From Fonticula alba ATCC 38817 (Eukaryota; Protista; Nucleariida): a stretch of 64,000 nucleotides of DNA. The position numbers were made by a program, and so were the translations under genes. Below, piece after piece: positions 36,730 through 49,514 of the stretch. Position 1 is the stretch's first letter, and the number at the start of each line of letters is the position of its first letter. The notes beneath the pieces were generated by a model, which saw only the letters and a list, made by a program, of their open reading frames with translations, had not been told where the DNA came from and did not search any database. The stretch is taken from the NCBI GenBank assembly GCA_000388065.2, contig KB932201.1, one strand, 5' to 3'.

Positions 36730-39700
36730 CATACGCACCTGCCAGTTCTCCACGCCCAAAACGTCAAGCAGACGCGACAGGTCGCCGGCCAGGAGAACAG
36801 CCGCCACCTTCATGGCGACGCTGTGCTGCTCGCCATTGGCCGCCACAGTGGGCGAGGTCAGCACATGACGGAGCATGATATCCAACAGGGAGGGGGCGGC
36901 ATCGGGACCGCCAGCAGAGGCAGGCCGACCGCCAGCCATGGCAACCAACAGCGCCTCGGACACGAAGGACCCATGAGCCAGGGATCGGGCGGCCCCGGCG
37001 AAATTCCCGCCCAGGAGGCAGGCCAGCGGCCCGTCGGAGCCGGTGTCGGCGCCACCGGCAGCATCGGCCGCGAGATCAAGCTGCGCCAGAGGAGCAGCCA
37101 GATCCTCGACACTGCCAGCCAGGCTGGACAGATGCCCACGCGCCGGGGGGGTGTACACCCCGGCAAAAACCCCGGCCAGGGACTTGTAGTCGGGCGAGGC
37201 CAGCATCGCCTGCAGGAGGCGATACACGTCGGCATCGGCAGACCGACCGGCAGCAGCGGCAGCGGCCTGCTCGGCGCCACAGAAGGCCCCCAGGGACTCG
37301 ACCACGCCGGTGTCAGTCGGCGCGACAACTCGACTGAAGGATGCGGCGCGCTCGATGTAGGCCGCATCGGTGGCCACCGAGGTCAGCTCGATCGAGTGGC
37401 TGTCAGCCGAGGCACCAATCCCCGGGCCGAAGCGGACCAGCCGACCACCGAAGCCGAAGCACACACCGGCCGGGCGCCGGAGGAAGGCCGGGGCGTCCGG
37501 CAGGCACAGAGTGCCGGAGTCCTGGATGGCGGCGGTCGGCAGGGCAGGGCCGTCGTCCAGGTGCCCGGCGCCGCCAGGACCACCGGCCGTCGGAGGCGGC
37601 GCGAAGGGGTCAATGTTTTCCAGCTCCCCGGCATCCAGGGTACCAGTGGGATGCCCATGCAGCAGGGGGTCCCCCCCGGTCGGGGGTGCCGGAGCCAGGC
37701 GGATGGCACACACCCGGACTCGGCCGTCATAGGACGACGTCAGGGCCAGGGAGCTGTGCCGGGGGGAGATGGTCACGTCGAAGACCCAGTTCTCGGCGAT
37801 ACCGCCACCCAGCCGGCCGCGATAGGCCCCGGTGGCCGGGCACCAGCCGCGCACGACGCCATCCTTGCCGGAGGCCAGCAGCAGGCGATGGTCATGCGGC
37901 GACCAGGCCAGCGACAGGACACCACAGCCAGAGGGGGGCATGGTATGGTCGGGCTCCGGGGTGATGATGCGCTCGGGGGCACTGAGGGGGACGCAATCCG
38001 ATGGGCAGGGTCACACATGGAGGCGTACGAGTCGGCATATGCCCGATGCGTGGTTGTGTGCGTGTGTGTGTGTGTGTGTCTGTGTCAGAGACAGGGGAAG
38101 GGCGTGGTGGGAGAGGCGACAGTCGAGGCCATGCTGGCGTACCGGGCGTTGCGGACGTCCCAGATGAAGATGCGCCCGGTGGGATCATGCTCGTAGGTGG
38201 TAGCCAGCTGGGTGGGAGTGACCGGGTTCCAGGCAATGGCGGACACGGCACCGAAGCCAGCCCCAGCGCCAGGCATCATGCCGGCCGGGCCACCCGGGTA
38301 GGCACCCATGTGGGAATGGTGCTGGGGGCCGCCGTAGCTAGTATGGGCCAGATGCGGTGGCGGGGTGAGGACCATGAGCTCGCGCTTGTGTGCCAGGTCA
38401 AAGACGACGACATTGCCTTGAGGGGTGGAGAGAGAAGGCCAGAACCGAAAGGCCCTTGCTTCTGTTAGTATCGCAAGCCGAAGGTCCAAAGTCGAACATG
38501 TTCCCCCCAGAGGCACAGGCGGACCATTCATGCTGCCGACGGCAATGATGTGGGAAAACTGGGAGTTCCAGCTGAGAATGGTGGCCGGCACGTTGGGAGC
38601 ACCCAGGCGCGAAGAGGGCAGCGCCGGCAGCCGGGCGAGAGGCTGCATGTGCATTGGTGAGATGGGGGAAGAGCAGGGAGACAGACAAGCGGGAGGGAGC
38701 AGCAGGTGCGCATGGCAATGGTCAGGGCCATGGGGTGAGACGTTGCAAGTGAAAAGCAGAGGCCCAACGCACGGCATCCGGACGCGAGATGTCCCACAGG
38801 CAAACCTTCAGGTCGCCATTCGGGCCACCGAAGCCGCAGCTGGCCAGGAGGCTCGGGCGGCTCGGGCAGAGGGAGATCGAGTAGACCGGGCTCGGTGGGG
38901 GGGTGGTAGACCCAGGAGCCACGGTGTCGGCGGCGGCCGGATGGGCCACGCTAAACTGGCTCAAAGGAGTGGCTGCCAAGGAGGAGGGGGAGGAAGAGGG
39001 GAGAAGTTATTGCATGTTAGCATACGTATGTGTGGCTGTGTGGCTGTGTGGATGTGTGTGTGTGTGTGTGCTCGTTGGAAAGGGAGAGGGCAGTGGGTAG
39101 CGTACTGGTTTTGCCGGCCAGTAGAGCGACAGGGTCCCAAAGCTCAATGGCGCCGGACTCAAGGCCAGCCACGATGATACCCTTCGGGAAGGCGGGGTTC
39201 ACAACGCCAGACCAGAGGATCTTGTTAAAGCGCGAGGCCACCGGAATGGACACCTTGCTAACGATGGGCTGGGTGATGGTATTTGGGCACATCGATGCGT
39301 GCGTGTGCGTGTGCGTGTGCGTGTGCGTGTGTGACGCGTGAACATGTCAGAGGGGAGGTGACAGTCAGCGGGATGGTTCTCCACAGGGGGGAGTGGTAAT
39401 GCAAAGAGGAGGTCGCACATGCTCCGCGCCGAGGGACAAGTCCACAGCGGCGATCTCCAGCGAGGAGGAACTGGAGAAGCCCGGGTCCAGGGCGCCAGCG
39501 GCCGTGCCAAGGGCAATATAGTGACGACCATGACCGAGAGCCAGATCATCGGCCGCCAGATCGAGCGGACACCAGGCAGCCGTGGCAGTGCGGCGCAGGC
39601 CGAAGGCCGAGGAGACAAAGCGCGGGGGCAGGCGCTTGGCCTTCGGGGCGCCGGCCGGCTGGTCGGAAGGAGGCGCGGCGCCACCGGGAACCGGGCTGCC

Positions 39701-39871
39701 GAAGGGGTGCTGAGCATCCGAAGCTCCGGCATCCGAGGTGCCATTCAGACCGAAGACATCCGAGGCCGAGGAGGCGGCCGTGGTCAGGAGGCTAGAGAAG
39801 ATGTCGCCAAAGCCGCCAGGCGGAGCGGCGGTAGCGGGGGCACCCGCATCAGCAGGCGGGAAGACGGACAT
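34821..39871 (-). CDS. SEC31: COPII outer coat protein Sec31
   Basis: WD40 region: LRRTATAAWCP..IALGTAAGALDPGFSSSSSLEI, SRFNKILWS..GIIVAGLESGAIELWDP, VSAIAWNP, GVLSLAWSPHDHRLLLASGKD, NWVFDVTISP, RRPAGVCFGFGGRLV. A Pro/Gln-rich region follows, then the C-terminal helical domain (DLNKRL..VAIKQLLSLI*). An internal N-gap at about 36539-36689 probably hides exon(s). Confidence 0.93.
36050..36125 (-). repeat. 15-bp coding repeat (QQYQP, about 4-5 copies) in the Sec31 Pro-rich region
   Basis: On the + strand the unit GGCTGGTACTGCTGC(T) repeats. Confidence 0.85.
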
Positions 39872-40577
39872 GGCCGGACGGCAGGGGGGGGGGGGGGGGT
39901 CTCGACGACGACTGAGAGTCGGGAAAGATACACGGATGCAGGTGAGTGGGCCAGGCGGATAGGGGGACACAGCTGACGGCGGCACTGCGTGAGAGGGTGG
40001 GCGAAATGGGGCAAGGAGGAAGGGGGGAACCTTGCGGCGGCGGCGGCGGCGGCGGCGGCGAGGGGGAGAAAGGAGATGCGTTCGCAGTAGCGGGGACACA
40101 CACACTGTGAACATGTCCTCGGGACCGGTGGCACAAGGTGGATCCTCTCGACTGGTTCCTCCGACCTGCTTCTTTCTCCTCTGGGCTCTGGATTGGGGGC
40201 GGAGGAGGGCTGCCCTCGGCCAGCCTCCCCCCTCCCTTCCCCCCCCCCCCCACTCCAGCTAGACCTTCCTGGGGCCTCGTCTAGTCGTTTGTTGAACGAA
40301 TGAGAGCATCTCGAGGAAAAGGGAACTTTAAAAATAACGCAAAAAATAGCACGAGCTCCAGGTCTTCCCCCGGGGGATGAATTAATGTCACACACCCAAG
40401 CAGGGCAAAGGTCCTTTTCCGGCGGAGGGCCCACATTGGAGAAATGTGCGTTGCGTTGAAGTGGGGTGTCTCTGATCTGGGTGCTGGGGTGTCCCCCCAA
40501 TGGCTAAATCGGGGAAGCTTGGGAGCCGCCTGCTTGCCTTGCACCTCTCTCTCTCCCTCTCTCCCTCTCTCCCTCTT

Positions 40578-40622
<45 letters not shown>

Positions 40623-42513
40623 CGCTCCCTCCCCTGCTCCGTTTCCTTCGTGCAAGTCAGCAGCATGCAGGGACCTGATCGGGGCTGCTCCCCAACGGCA
40701 GGCAGAAAGAAGCCCCAAATAGGGGGAGGTGTATTTTTGGTGTGGATCAAAACACGTAGCCGCCTTCCCTGAGGGGAATCCCCGAGCCTTTTTCCTTGTA
40801 TCCCTCTCTCTCTCTCTCTCTCGGTCTTGTCCCACATCCGTCTGGAGGTACACCATCGTTGCCGGGGACGGCGAGCAAGGTGCGGGGCAGGGAGAAAGAG
40901 AATGCCAGGAAGCGGAGCAGCGCCAAGGGGGACGCGCCGGGGGAAGAAGGGGCACCGGCGCCAGGGAGTTGACACTTCTCTGCGAACCACCGGAGTCACA
41001 CCGCTTCTCACGTGTCACGAGAATGCCAATAGCGGAATCACACGACAGGGACCTCAGGGTTTTGCCTCTCGACCCTGTTGGCAATAGGGTTGTATCCAAA
41101 TGAACAACTTAAAGGGTGGTGGTCTCCTCCCGGTTGGTCTCTTGACCCAGGCGGGGGATTTAACCTGGGAGGCGGTTGTGTGGCGGACAAAAGGGTTGGC
41201 TGCTATCAGGATCATTGGTAGCTCTTTTGCGTTTCACCCTTCTCCGGATCTGTCCTTTCTCTTCTGCCCGCCGGCTCTGTGGGCCTTGTCGGGATCTTTA
41301 TCGAAACGCCGGCAGTTCGGCCGGCCGCGATCCACCCTCCCCGCCGGGGTGCATCCTGGCGTGACTATTTCCCCCCTCGGGGCGTTTAGGCGGGTCCTGG
41401 CCCTGAGGCCTGCGTGTTCTCCTCGGCGGCCCCACCCTCCCCGGCTCACCGGAGGCATCTCTGTGTGCACCCCGCGCGACGCCCCCTCCGGAGACTCGGA
41501 CCGGCGGAGGGGGGTCGATTGGCAGCACCTATTTCCTTCCGCGTCTCGTCCCCCACAAGGGAACGGAGGTGGGGGGGCTCTTGCGCCAGCATTCCCCCCC
41601 CCCCCCCCCCCCCCCCCCAGATTTAACCCTCGCCGGCCAGCATGCTGCGGGATGGGCGCGAGGGGGCGCTCCCCTTCCCCCACATTGTGCCCGTCCCCTG
41701 GGAGTAGTGGGTCGCCCAGGTTGTCGAGACTCCTTTCTCTCCGCCTCCCCTGCCGGGCTCTGTCATCGTGGGGTCTGGTCGGCGTGGTCCTGGTGTCGGG
41801 CCCCGCGTTCCAGCTCGTCCCCTGGTCCCCCGCCACCTCCGAGCCGCATGTGGTGAGTTCCTCCCCACCTCCTAGATGGGCGGATGGTACACGGCGGGGG
41901 GGGGGGGGGGGGGGGGCATGAGGATCGCCCTCACGGAGGGCAGGCCACCGCGGGAGAAGAGCAGCCGGTCCGCCGTCCGCGGCCAGGAGGGAGCTCCCAA
42001 CTGAGAGTTTCTGTTTCGTTGTTTCCTGTGAGTCCTCCCCCCTCCCTGCCCTGCTTCTCATCTGTTGCTCCCTCCTTCCTACCCTCCTTTCTCTCTCTCC
42101 CTCTCTCTCCCTCCCCCCCCCTCTCTCTCTCTCCCCCCACTGCTCGCGTCCACGGGCTGTGCATGTCTATCAGCCCCCCTCCCCCCCACGATCTCATCTA
42201 TCTTTCCCCAACCGGCGGCCTGGCTCCGATGGCTGACCGGGGCCGGTGATGCAGACAGGAGGGAGGCCTGGCCACGCGCCTTCCTCCTTTATGTCTCTCG
42301 TGCATGGGGGCATCATCGCTTCACTTCCTCCCCTCCTTCCCCTCCCCCTGTCGGGACTTGTGCGTCGCCTCGGCGCTTCGCCCTCCCTCCATGCCAATGG
42401 GGGCTTTGTCGTCGATGTTGCCGAGGGGATCGCCTGGTCGCTGCTCCACCACACACCCGGCTCCTCGGGTTCTCTCTCTCTCTCTCTCTCCCCCTCTTTC
42501 TTCCCCTCTTTCT

Positions 42514-42544
<31 letters not shown>

Positions 42545-42690
42545 CCCTCTCTCCCCCTCTCTGTGTATATGCATGCCTGCCGCATGAGGTCTGACTTTCG
42601 CTCCTCTCCTCGCCTTTTCCATGTGTCTCTGTTCTTTTTCTCCCATGACTGCTTGCTGCCCAGGCGCAACCCCTCTCCCTCTAGCTCATC

Positions 42691-44387
42691 ATGCCGCCCA
42701 AGGCAGCTCCCCCCAAGTCCAAGAAGGTCACCGAGGACAAGGTATCCCCCCCTTTCCCCCAAGTTTCCCGCCCCTCCCCCCCCCCTCAGCGACTTCCACT
42801 TTCGATGGTGTGCGATGCCTAACCTCCCTGTGCCCCGCCAGACCTTCGGTCTCAAGAACAAGAACAAGTCCAAGAAGGTCGGCAAGTATGTCGATGAGGT
42901 GAAGCGCCAGCAGTCAGGCCAGCAGGGTCCTCGCGTTGACCCGCTTGCCGCCCGTGCCGTACGTGGTCGTTCCCTTCGTCCCCCGTTAGCGATGCACTTC
43001 CTCCGACTGCTCATCCCGTTGTCCACCTGCCATCTAACGCTTCCCTCGGTCAATGCTACGCTGCTTTTGGCGGATTTCCCTCCGTCATCTCTCTCTCCCT
43101 CTGTCTGTCTGTCTCGCCTCCCTCTTGTTCCTCCAGGCCCGCAAGGAGGAGGAGGCCGCTCGTAAGGCCGAGCTGGCCCTGCTCTACCGCCCTGCCGCCA
43201 CCGCGCAGAAGGTTACTCCCGGTGCGCTTGCCCTTCTGTCCCTCCTGCCCTCCGCCGGGCGCTTTCCCGACTAACCTCCGCTCATTTGGTGTTCCTCCTG
43301 CATGAATGGTCCCTGCCGTGCTCTCCCGCAGGTGTCGACCCGAAGTCCATCCTGTGTGAGTTCTTCAAGGCCGGCACCTGCCAGAAGGGCAACAAGTGCA
43401 AGTTCTCCCACGACATCGCTGTCGAGCGCCGCAGCGAGAAGATCGATCTCTACAACGACCCGCGCAAGGAGGAGCAGTGTGCGTCTTCTCTCCTCCCCTT
43501 TCCCCGTCCCCCCCCCCGATCCCCAGCCACTTCTCTTGATCCCCCCCCCCCGGTCCAAGTGTACTCACCCTTCGGCTGTCTTCCTCTGATCGCACTTGCC
43601 CTGCCATCTCATCTGCTTCTTTCCTTCCCTCCTCTTCCCTTCTCTCCAGCCACCATGGAGTCTTGGGATCAGGCTACCCTGGAGGAGGTGGTCCAGAAGA
43701 AGCAGGCCGGCCAGAAGGTCGCCACCGACATTGTGCGCGCCCCTCCACTCGATTGCTTTTTTTCCCCTCCCCCTTGCTTTCTCCCAATCCTCCTCCCTGC
43801 TGGCTGCTACTGCGCTGCTGCCACCCCGCCAGCTCCTCATGCTAACCGCGCCATCTGGCGTCCCACAGATCTGCAAGTACTTCCTTGATGCGGTCGAGAA
43901 GTCCCAGTACGGTTGGTTCTGGGAGTGCCCGAATGGCTCGACCTGCCACTACCGCCATGCCCTGCCGCCGGGCTTCGTTCTGAAGAAGGACCGTGTCAAG
44001 GAGAAGGCCTCCACCGAGGAGTTCTCCCTGGAGGATTGGATCGAGACCGAGCGCGGGAAGCTGGACCACTCCAAGCTGACTCCGGTGACCAAGGAGAGCT
44101 TCGAGGCTTGGAAGATCGCGCGCATTGCGAAGCGCACCTCCGAGGAGAAGAAGTCTCGCGACCAGAAGGAGGCGTCCGTTCGGGCGGGCCGCATGGCCGG
44201 TCTCTCCGGTCGCGATCTCTTCTCCTTCCGCCCTGATCTCTTCGTGGATGATGACGACGCCGCCGATGATGATGTCTACGCCGATCGTGCCTCCGACGAT
44301 GAGGGTGAGACTGATGCCGCTCTGGCCAGCGCCGCTGACGCCCTGGCTGATGTGGACCTTGGCGACCTGCCCTCCGACGAGGAGTAG
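42691..44387 (+). CDS. ZC3H15: Zinc finger CCCH protein 15 / Tma46 (DFRP1)
   Basis: Spliced translation: [17 protein letters not shown]|[47 protein letters not shown]|[71 protein letters not shown]. Confidence 0.95.
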
Positions 44388-45785
44388 ACACCACGAGCTG
44401 GTGACACTGTTCTCCGTTCGCGGATTTCCGTGGCCGTCTTGTGTATTATGGGTGTCTCTTTTTTTTTCTCCCCTCTTGTGTTTGTGTATGTACTTGTGCA
44501 TGCTGGCCCCTTTTTCGTGTGGCGGCTGGTGTGCGCTTGTGGGCGCGCCACCCCAGTGGTGGGTCCTCGCGCCACACATGCACCCCCCCCCCCTCTTCCT
44601 CTCGGCCGGCCAGCCGGCCAGTTCTTCAAATCGGCCCCAAGACCCGGGAGAGGCCTTCCCCTCGGCTGGGGAGGCGCCTCTCCCCCTTGGGACTGGGCTC
44701 GGGGTGGAGAGGCGGTGCACACGTGTACTCCCTTCCCGTGTAGTGGAATCCCCATGTAAACGATAGATGAAGCAACACGTGAGTGAATTGCCACACGTGT
44801 TACATCGTGGGAAAGATAGCATCCCAGAACAGCATTCCTCGGAGAGGAATGCGGGGTAGAACAACAGCCAGGTGGCCGCCGAGGCCGAGCGGCATAAACG
44901 CTCGACCGAGGACGGAGATACGCGGGTGGGCGGGCCCAGCCGCGGGGTTCTCAGTTCCAACCCCTGACCGAGCCCAAAGGTCAAAAAGGGGGACTCTCGT
45001 TGAGAGCCTCCTGAGAGCGAAAGCCTTAGCAGCTGTGTGTCGAAGAGTATACGGAAGTATAGCCGAAGCACCAGTTAGGCCGACGAACACCTGTTCTAAG
45101 GCTTCCTCTCGAACCCTTTTTAACATCCGAGTTCCTTTCTATTTTCGCTTGCCACTAACTCGTCTCAAGCCGAGTTACTGACTCATCTGGTAACAGACGA
45201 CCGTGAACCGCTGGTTGGTATGTCCCCTCCTTCATGCCAAGAGGTTACTAACCAGGTGGCAGATCACACTGGTACCCTTCGTCAAGCCTCACTCACTTGA
45301 CTTAGGCTTAACCCGTGTGAACCCTGCTACATCCCGCCTTTGCATGGGGATGTCGGGGCTGGCACTATGCCTCTCTTTATCGCTAGCTCTCCCCTCCTCC
45401 CCGCCCGCCAATCCGCATGAATGCATGCGTAGGTGTGTATACTTTCATATATATATTTATATACTCCATCTTTCCCTTCGTGTCGTGTGTCCCCCCCCCC
45501 CCACCGCATCTCGTTTTCCTCTCTTGTGTCCCGTGCTGCTTCCCTCGATGGATGGCTCGCTCCCTTGGCGCCCCAATGCACTTGCAAATATCCGGGTCAC
45601 CCTGGCATATGAGCAAGCATACTACTTTCGCCCTTCTGTCTTTGCTCATTTCCTGCCCTCGCATCGTGCCGGAGGGTGCCATTGTGGTGGTGGTCGTAGT
45701 GGCGGTGGTTCAGGCGTTTTTTTTTCCCGGGTCTGCTTTTGGTGGCTGTTTCTATTGCAAGGCGGGTGTGTCAATCTTGCGGGGG

Positions 45786-46710
45786 TCAGGTCGACCGATC
45801 GCCACGGGCGGTCTCCGGGGCAGTGGTGGCAGTGGTGTCGGCCGTCGTCACAGCGCTGGCCACCTCCGGGCCATGCTTCGAAATGAGATGCCGGGTGCAG
45901 ACCGCACGAACAAGAGCAAAGGGCAGGTGCGCCCAGCGGCCCCAGTGATTGTTGATGCCCCAGACGGCCGCCGGGAATTGGGGTGACGAGATTCCGGAGA
46001 AAATCATGGCCACGGAATGGGCGATCCGATCGATGACATCCTGCGGCAAGAAGGCAGGGGCCTCTGGGTTGACTTGGGCATGTTCCTCCTTCACGACAGC
46101 CGGCATGGAGAGGATCGATCTATGAAAAGAGAGGCAGGGATGGGAGCAGCCATCCGCCAATGGACCCACCCATGCACGTGAGGGGGCGGGGGAGGGGGAG
46201 CAAGGGGCAGCGCCACAGAGGATGCGGGGGTGAGAGTCCGTTATGGTGGCGTTGAGGCGAAAGGAGGAGGAAAAAAAAAGAAGGAAGCAGCAAGGGGGGA
46301 AAGAAGGAGGAGGAAGAGGTGAGAAGTCAGGATTGGGCATACTTCAGATGAGTGGTGATGAACACTCGAACATCGAGCCAGAGCAGCACTCGATCCCGCT
46401 TGGACAGTTGCTGCAGCATCTCTTCCTCGGATTGGGGATCGCCAGGATCCGGAGATGGGCCGGAGGAGAAGAAGTAGGCATCATCATTCGCATCATCATC
46501 GAAGGGGATACCGCCGATGTTCTTCCCGGTGATCAAGTGCGACCAAGGCATCTGAGCAATGGCATCCTCAAGGGCCGTCTCTGTCGCATGGCCATTGAGG
46601 AGCATGGTGACATTGAAGGACTCCCGATCAGTCGAGGGGCCACTGCGATATCCGGCGAAGGTAGCCAGCTCAGCCATCTACCATGCGGGTGGATAAGTCG
46701 GTAGTTGGTG

Positions 46711-46764
<54 letters not shown>

Positions 46765-49483
46765 GGTGAAAGGGAGGGGAAGTAGGAGAGCAGAGCATGT
46801 GGCAGCGGAGAAAAACCCCGGGAGACGCGGCAAAAGAGAAGTGCAAGCGGAATCAGCGAGGAGGATTGCCCCTGCCCCCTCTCATCCCATGCCCAGAGAG
46901 GCGTCCAGATGAAAGACGCACCACTTGTGCCTGTCGTGACAGCCGGGCATCCAACGCGTCAAAGGCAAAGGTCAGCCGCTCAACGGCGGGCTCCTCTTCA
47001 CCGGGAGCGCCTGGGGTGGGGATTTGTCGGGAGGCCAGGCGCACCATGACACACGGCTCCGAAATGGTCAACACACGAGCCACAATGGGGTCCGCGCGTG
47101 GGTCGGTCGGAGGCCGAGGGGCTCGGGCACCGCGCGCCAACCTCGGCGGCTGCACAACGCCCAGGCTCGTAAGTTGAGCCAACTGGCTGAGGACGGCTGA
47201 GAGCCCGCTTGGCAGGCCGGCGACTGCCTGTCGAGCGTCAGCTTCTTGCGGCTGATCGGCGCCACCGCCGGCGCCAAGTAGGCACTGGCGTAGAGCCATG
47301 GAGCCGGCCGTGCAGGGAAGCCCCTCTGGGAAGTGCGTGGCGAGGAACTCCGCCAGGACCCAAGTGTCCACAGTCAACAGGAATTGCAAATCCGACATGC
47401 CGGTATCCAGGGGATCGGAGCTGCCCTCGGGTTCCGGGTCAGGGTCGGTCGCGGCGCGGATCTTCGTTCGACGACGGGCGCCAGCCGATCGGCGCTGGCC
47501 GGATGCCATGCGCCGAACAAGGAGGCCGGGCAGCGGAGCAAATAGCAAACCCACAGCAAGCCCGGCTGCTGGGTGTTCGCGTCCGATGCCGGCTTCCAAA
47601 CCGGCCAGGATCCCCGGGGCGAAGGTATTCTCGGCGAAGATGCGCCATGCCAGCAGATCAGCCGGCTGGTCGATCGGCCGGCCGGATGAATTGCGCGTAA
47701 GGTGTTCTCCAAGTGTGGCCAGCTCGGGGCCCGACGCGCGCAGACGCAGCAAGGCCGGTACCGCCAGACGCCGGAGCTGCCCGGGATCGCGCACCAGGAA
47801 AGTCACTCGCCGGGGAACCCAAGGAGCGGTCCGAGTCCCGGCACTCGGGCCAGCAAGGGACCCGGCCGCTGCGAGCAAATAGTCCAGGGCATACGAATCC
47901 ACATTGAGGGTGTGCTGCAAAGCGGCGGTGGGTGCCAGTAGAACCGGCCTGCTCCCCGGCACGTGAAGTACTCGACTGCCGGGGGCCAATGCCTCGCCCA
48001 AAGGCCCGGCTGTGGCATCGCCAAGCAGCGTGCACACATGGGCGAGTGTTTCCTCGCGGAAGCGCGACGAGTGAAAGCGTCCTTGGGAGAAGCGGGCAAT
48101 TTGGCTGGCCGTCTTACGGAGGGTGGCCATGGCATCGGCCGCGGCTTCTGGCAGGAGCAGCAGCGTCCCGACGCCGTCGGGGTCCAGCAAATGCGCCGCA
48201 TCCAACACCAGGCGATCGGGCGAGGGGGGGGCATTAAGATAGATGATCGCACGGAAGGCGCCTCGCCGGCGCTGGCGGCCCAACTGGGCGCTCATGTTGA
48301 GGCTGGTTTGGGGGGTGGAGATGACCACATTGACAAGGCCGTTGCGAATGGATGTCTATGCAGTAGTGGTAGATGGCGGACAAGGGGCAAGGGGGGGGGG
48401 GGGGGGGGGGGAGGGAGAATCAGAGCACAATATGGTCAGTCGGTGACCGAGGCCGACGGGAGGATGGTTGGTACAGATGGCGGAAGGGGGTGGCGGCGGA
48501 CGTACGGCGAGGCGAGCCCGTTCATCCAGGCTCATGCCAGCATGAAGGGACACACAGTGGCCAGCACGGCGCCGGTTGCGAAGCAGCTCAGCCAGCGAGT
48601 CAGCGGTTTCACGACGCTCACAAAGGACCAGCACCGGAGCCGAAGCAGGCGCCCCGGGAGCCGGGAGGCCGGGGGCCGGGGCCAGCTCGGGCAAGTTGCT
48701 CAGCTGCCCAGCGTCCAGGGAGTATTTGACCCCGAGCTCGGGATGTGGCAGCACCAGAAGGTCCAGGAGGAAGGCATTCCTTCGGGCGGTGGTGGTCATT
48801 TGGTGAGCGGGCATGGGGGAGGATGGCGGGGCGGACGCCTTGTTACGCACTGATTTGAGCAAGCATGCGCGGTGAGGGTCACATTGTTGGGCAGGGCCGG
48901 GCAGGGGAACACCTGGGGGGGAGTCTGCCCCGGGTTCGAGCACATGGTCCGGGCGGTCCACTCAAGCGAAGCCCGGCCAAGAGGCAGGGATGCTGACAGG
49001 ATGGTGGCCGAGTCCAGGCGAACTGGCCCCAGGTGGATGCCAGATCGCAGGCTGGTCACGGCGCGCAGGAATTCCGGTCTGTGTCGTGGTGTCAGGGAAG
49101 ATGGAGGGAGGCATGTGTGTGTGTGTGTGCGGGTGGGGGGGGGGGGGGGGAGAAATGGGTGGCGGAGGAAATGGCGGGCACAGAAAAGTGGGCAGCATAC
49201 TTGAAAGTGGCGGACAGCGGGTGAGCATGCTCACTGCCGGCAAGATACACGAAGGAGGCTTCGGGGAAAAGCCCGTTTCGGCCGGTCTCTCGAGCATGTG
49301 CCGCCAGGGTGCGGTCATGATGCAGGTGTCCGGCCATGTCTGCGGACCATGCCAGAAGAGGGCTATTGACACGGAGAGCCGAGAGAACAACCACATCAAC
49401 CGAGCGTTCAAGCAGGCGGGCCAAGAGCCCGGGCTACGGGTATGTGTGCGCGTGAAGTGAAGGGAGAGAGAGGGTGAGACAGA

Positions 49484-49514
<31 letters not shown>

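Noticed and set aside
41205-41216. U3 snoRNA box A (AGGATCATT)
   Set aside because: The following TTCTATAG and boxes B, C and D are absent.
44990-45000. RNase MRP/P or telomerase RNA identity for the hairpin island (GAGAGTCCCC on the minus strand)
   Set aside because: The 3' P4 partner (AC..GGGGCTYA) and a CTAACCCTAA-type template were not found.
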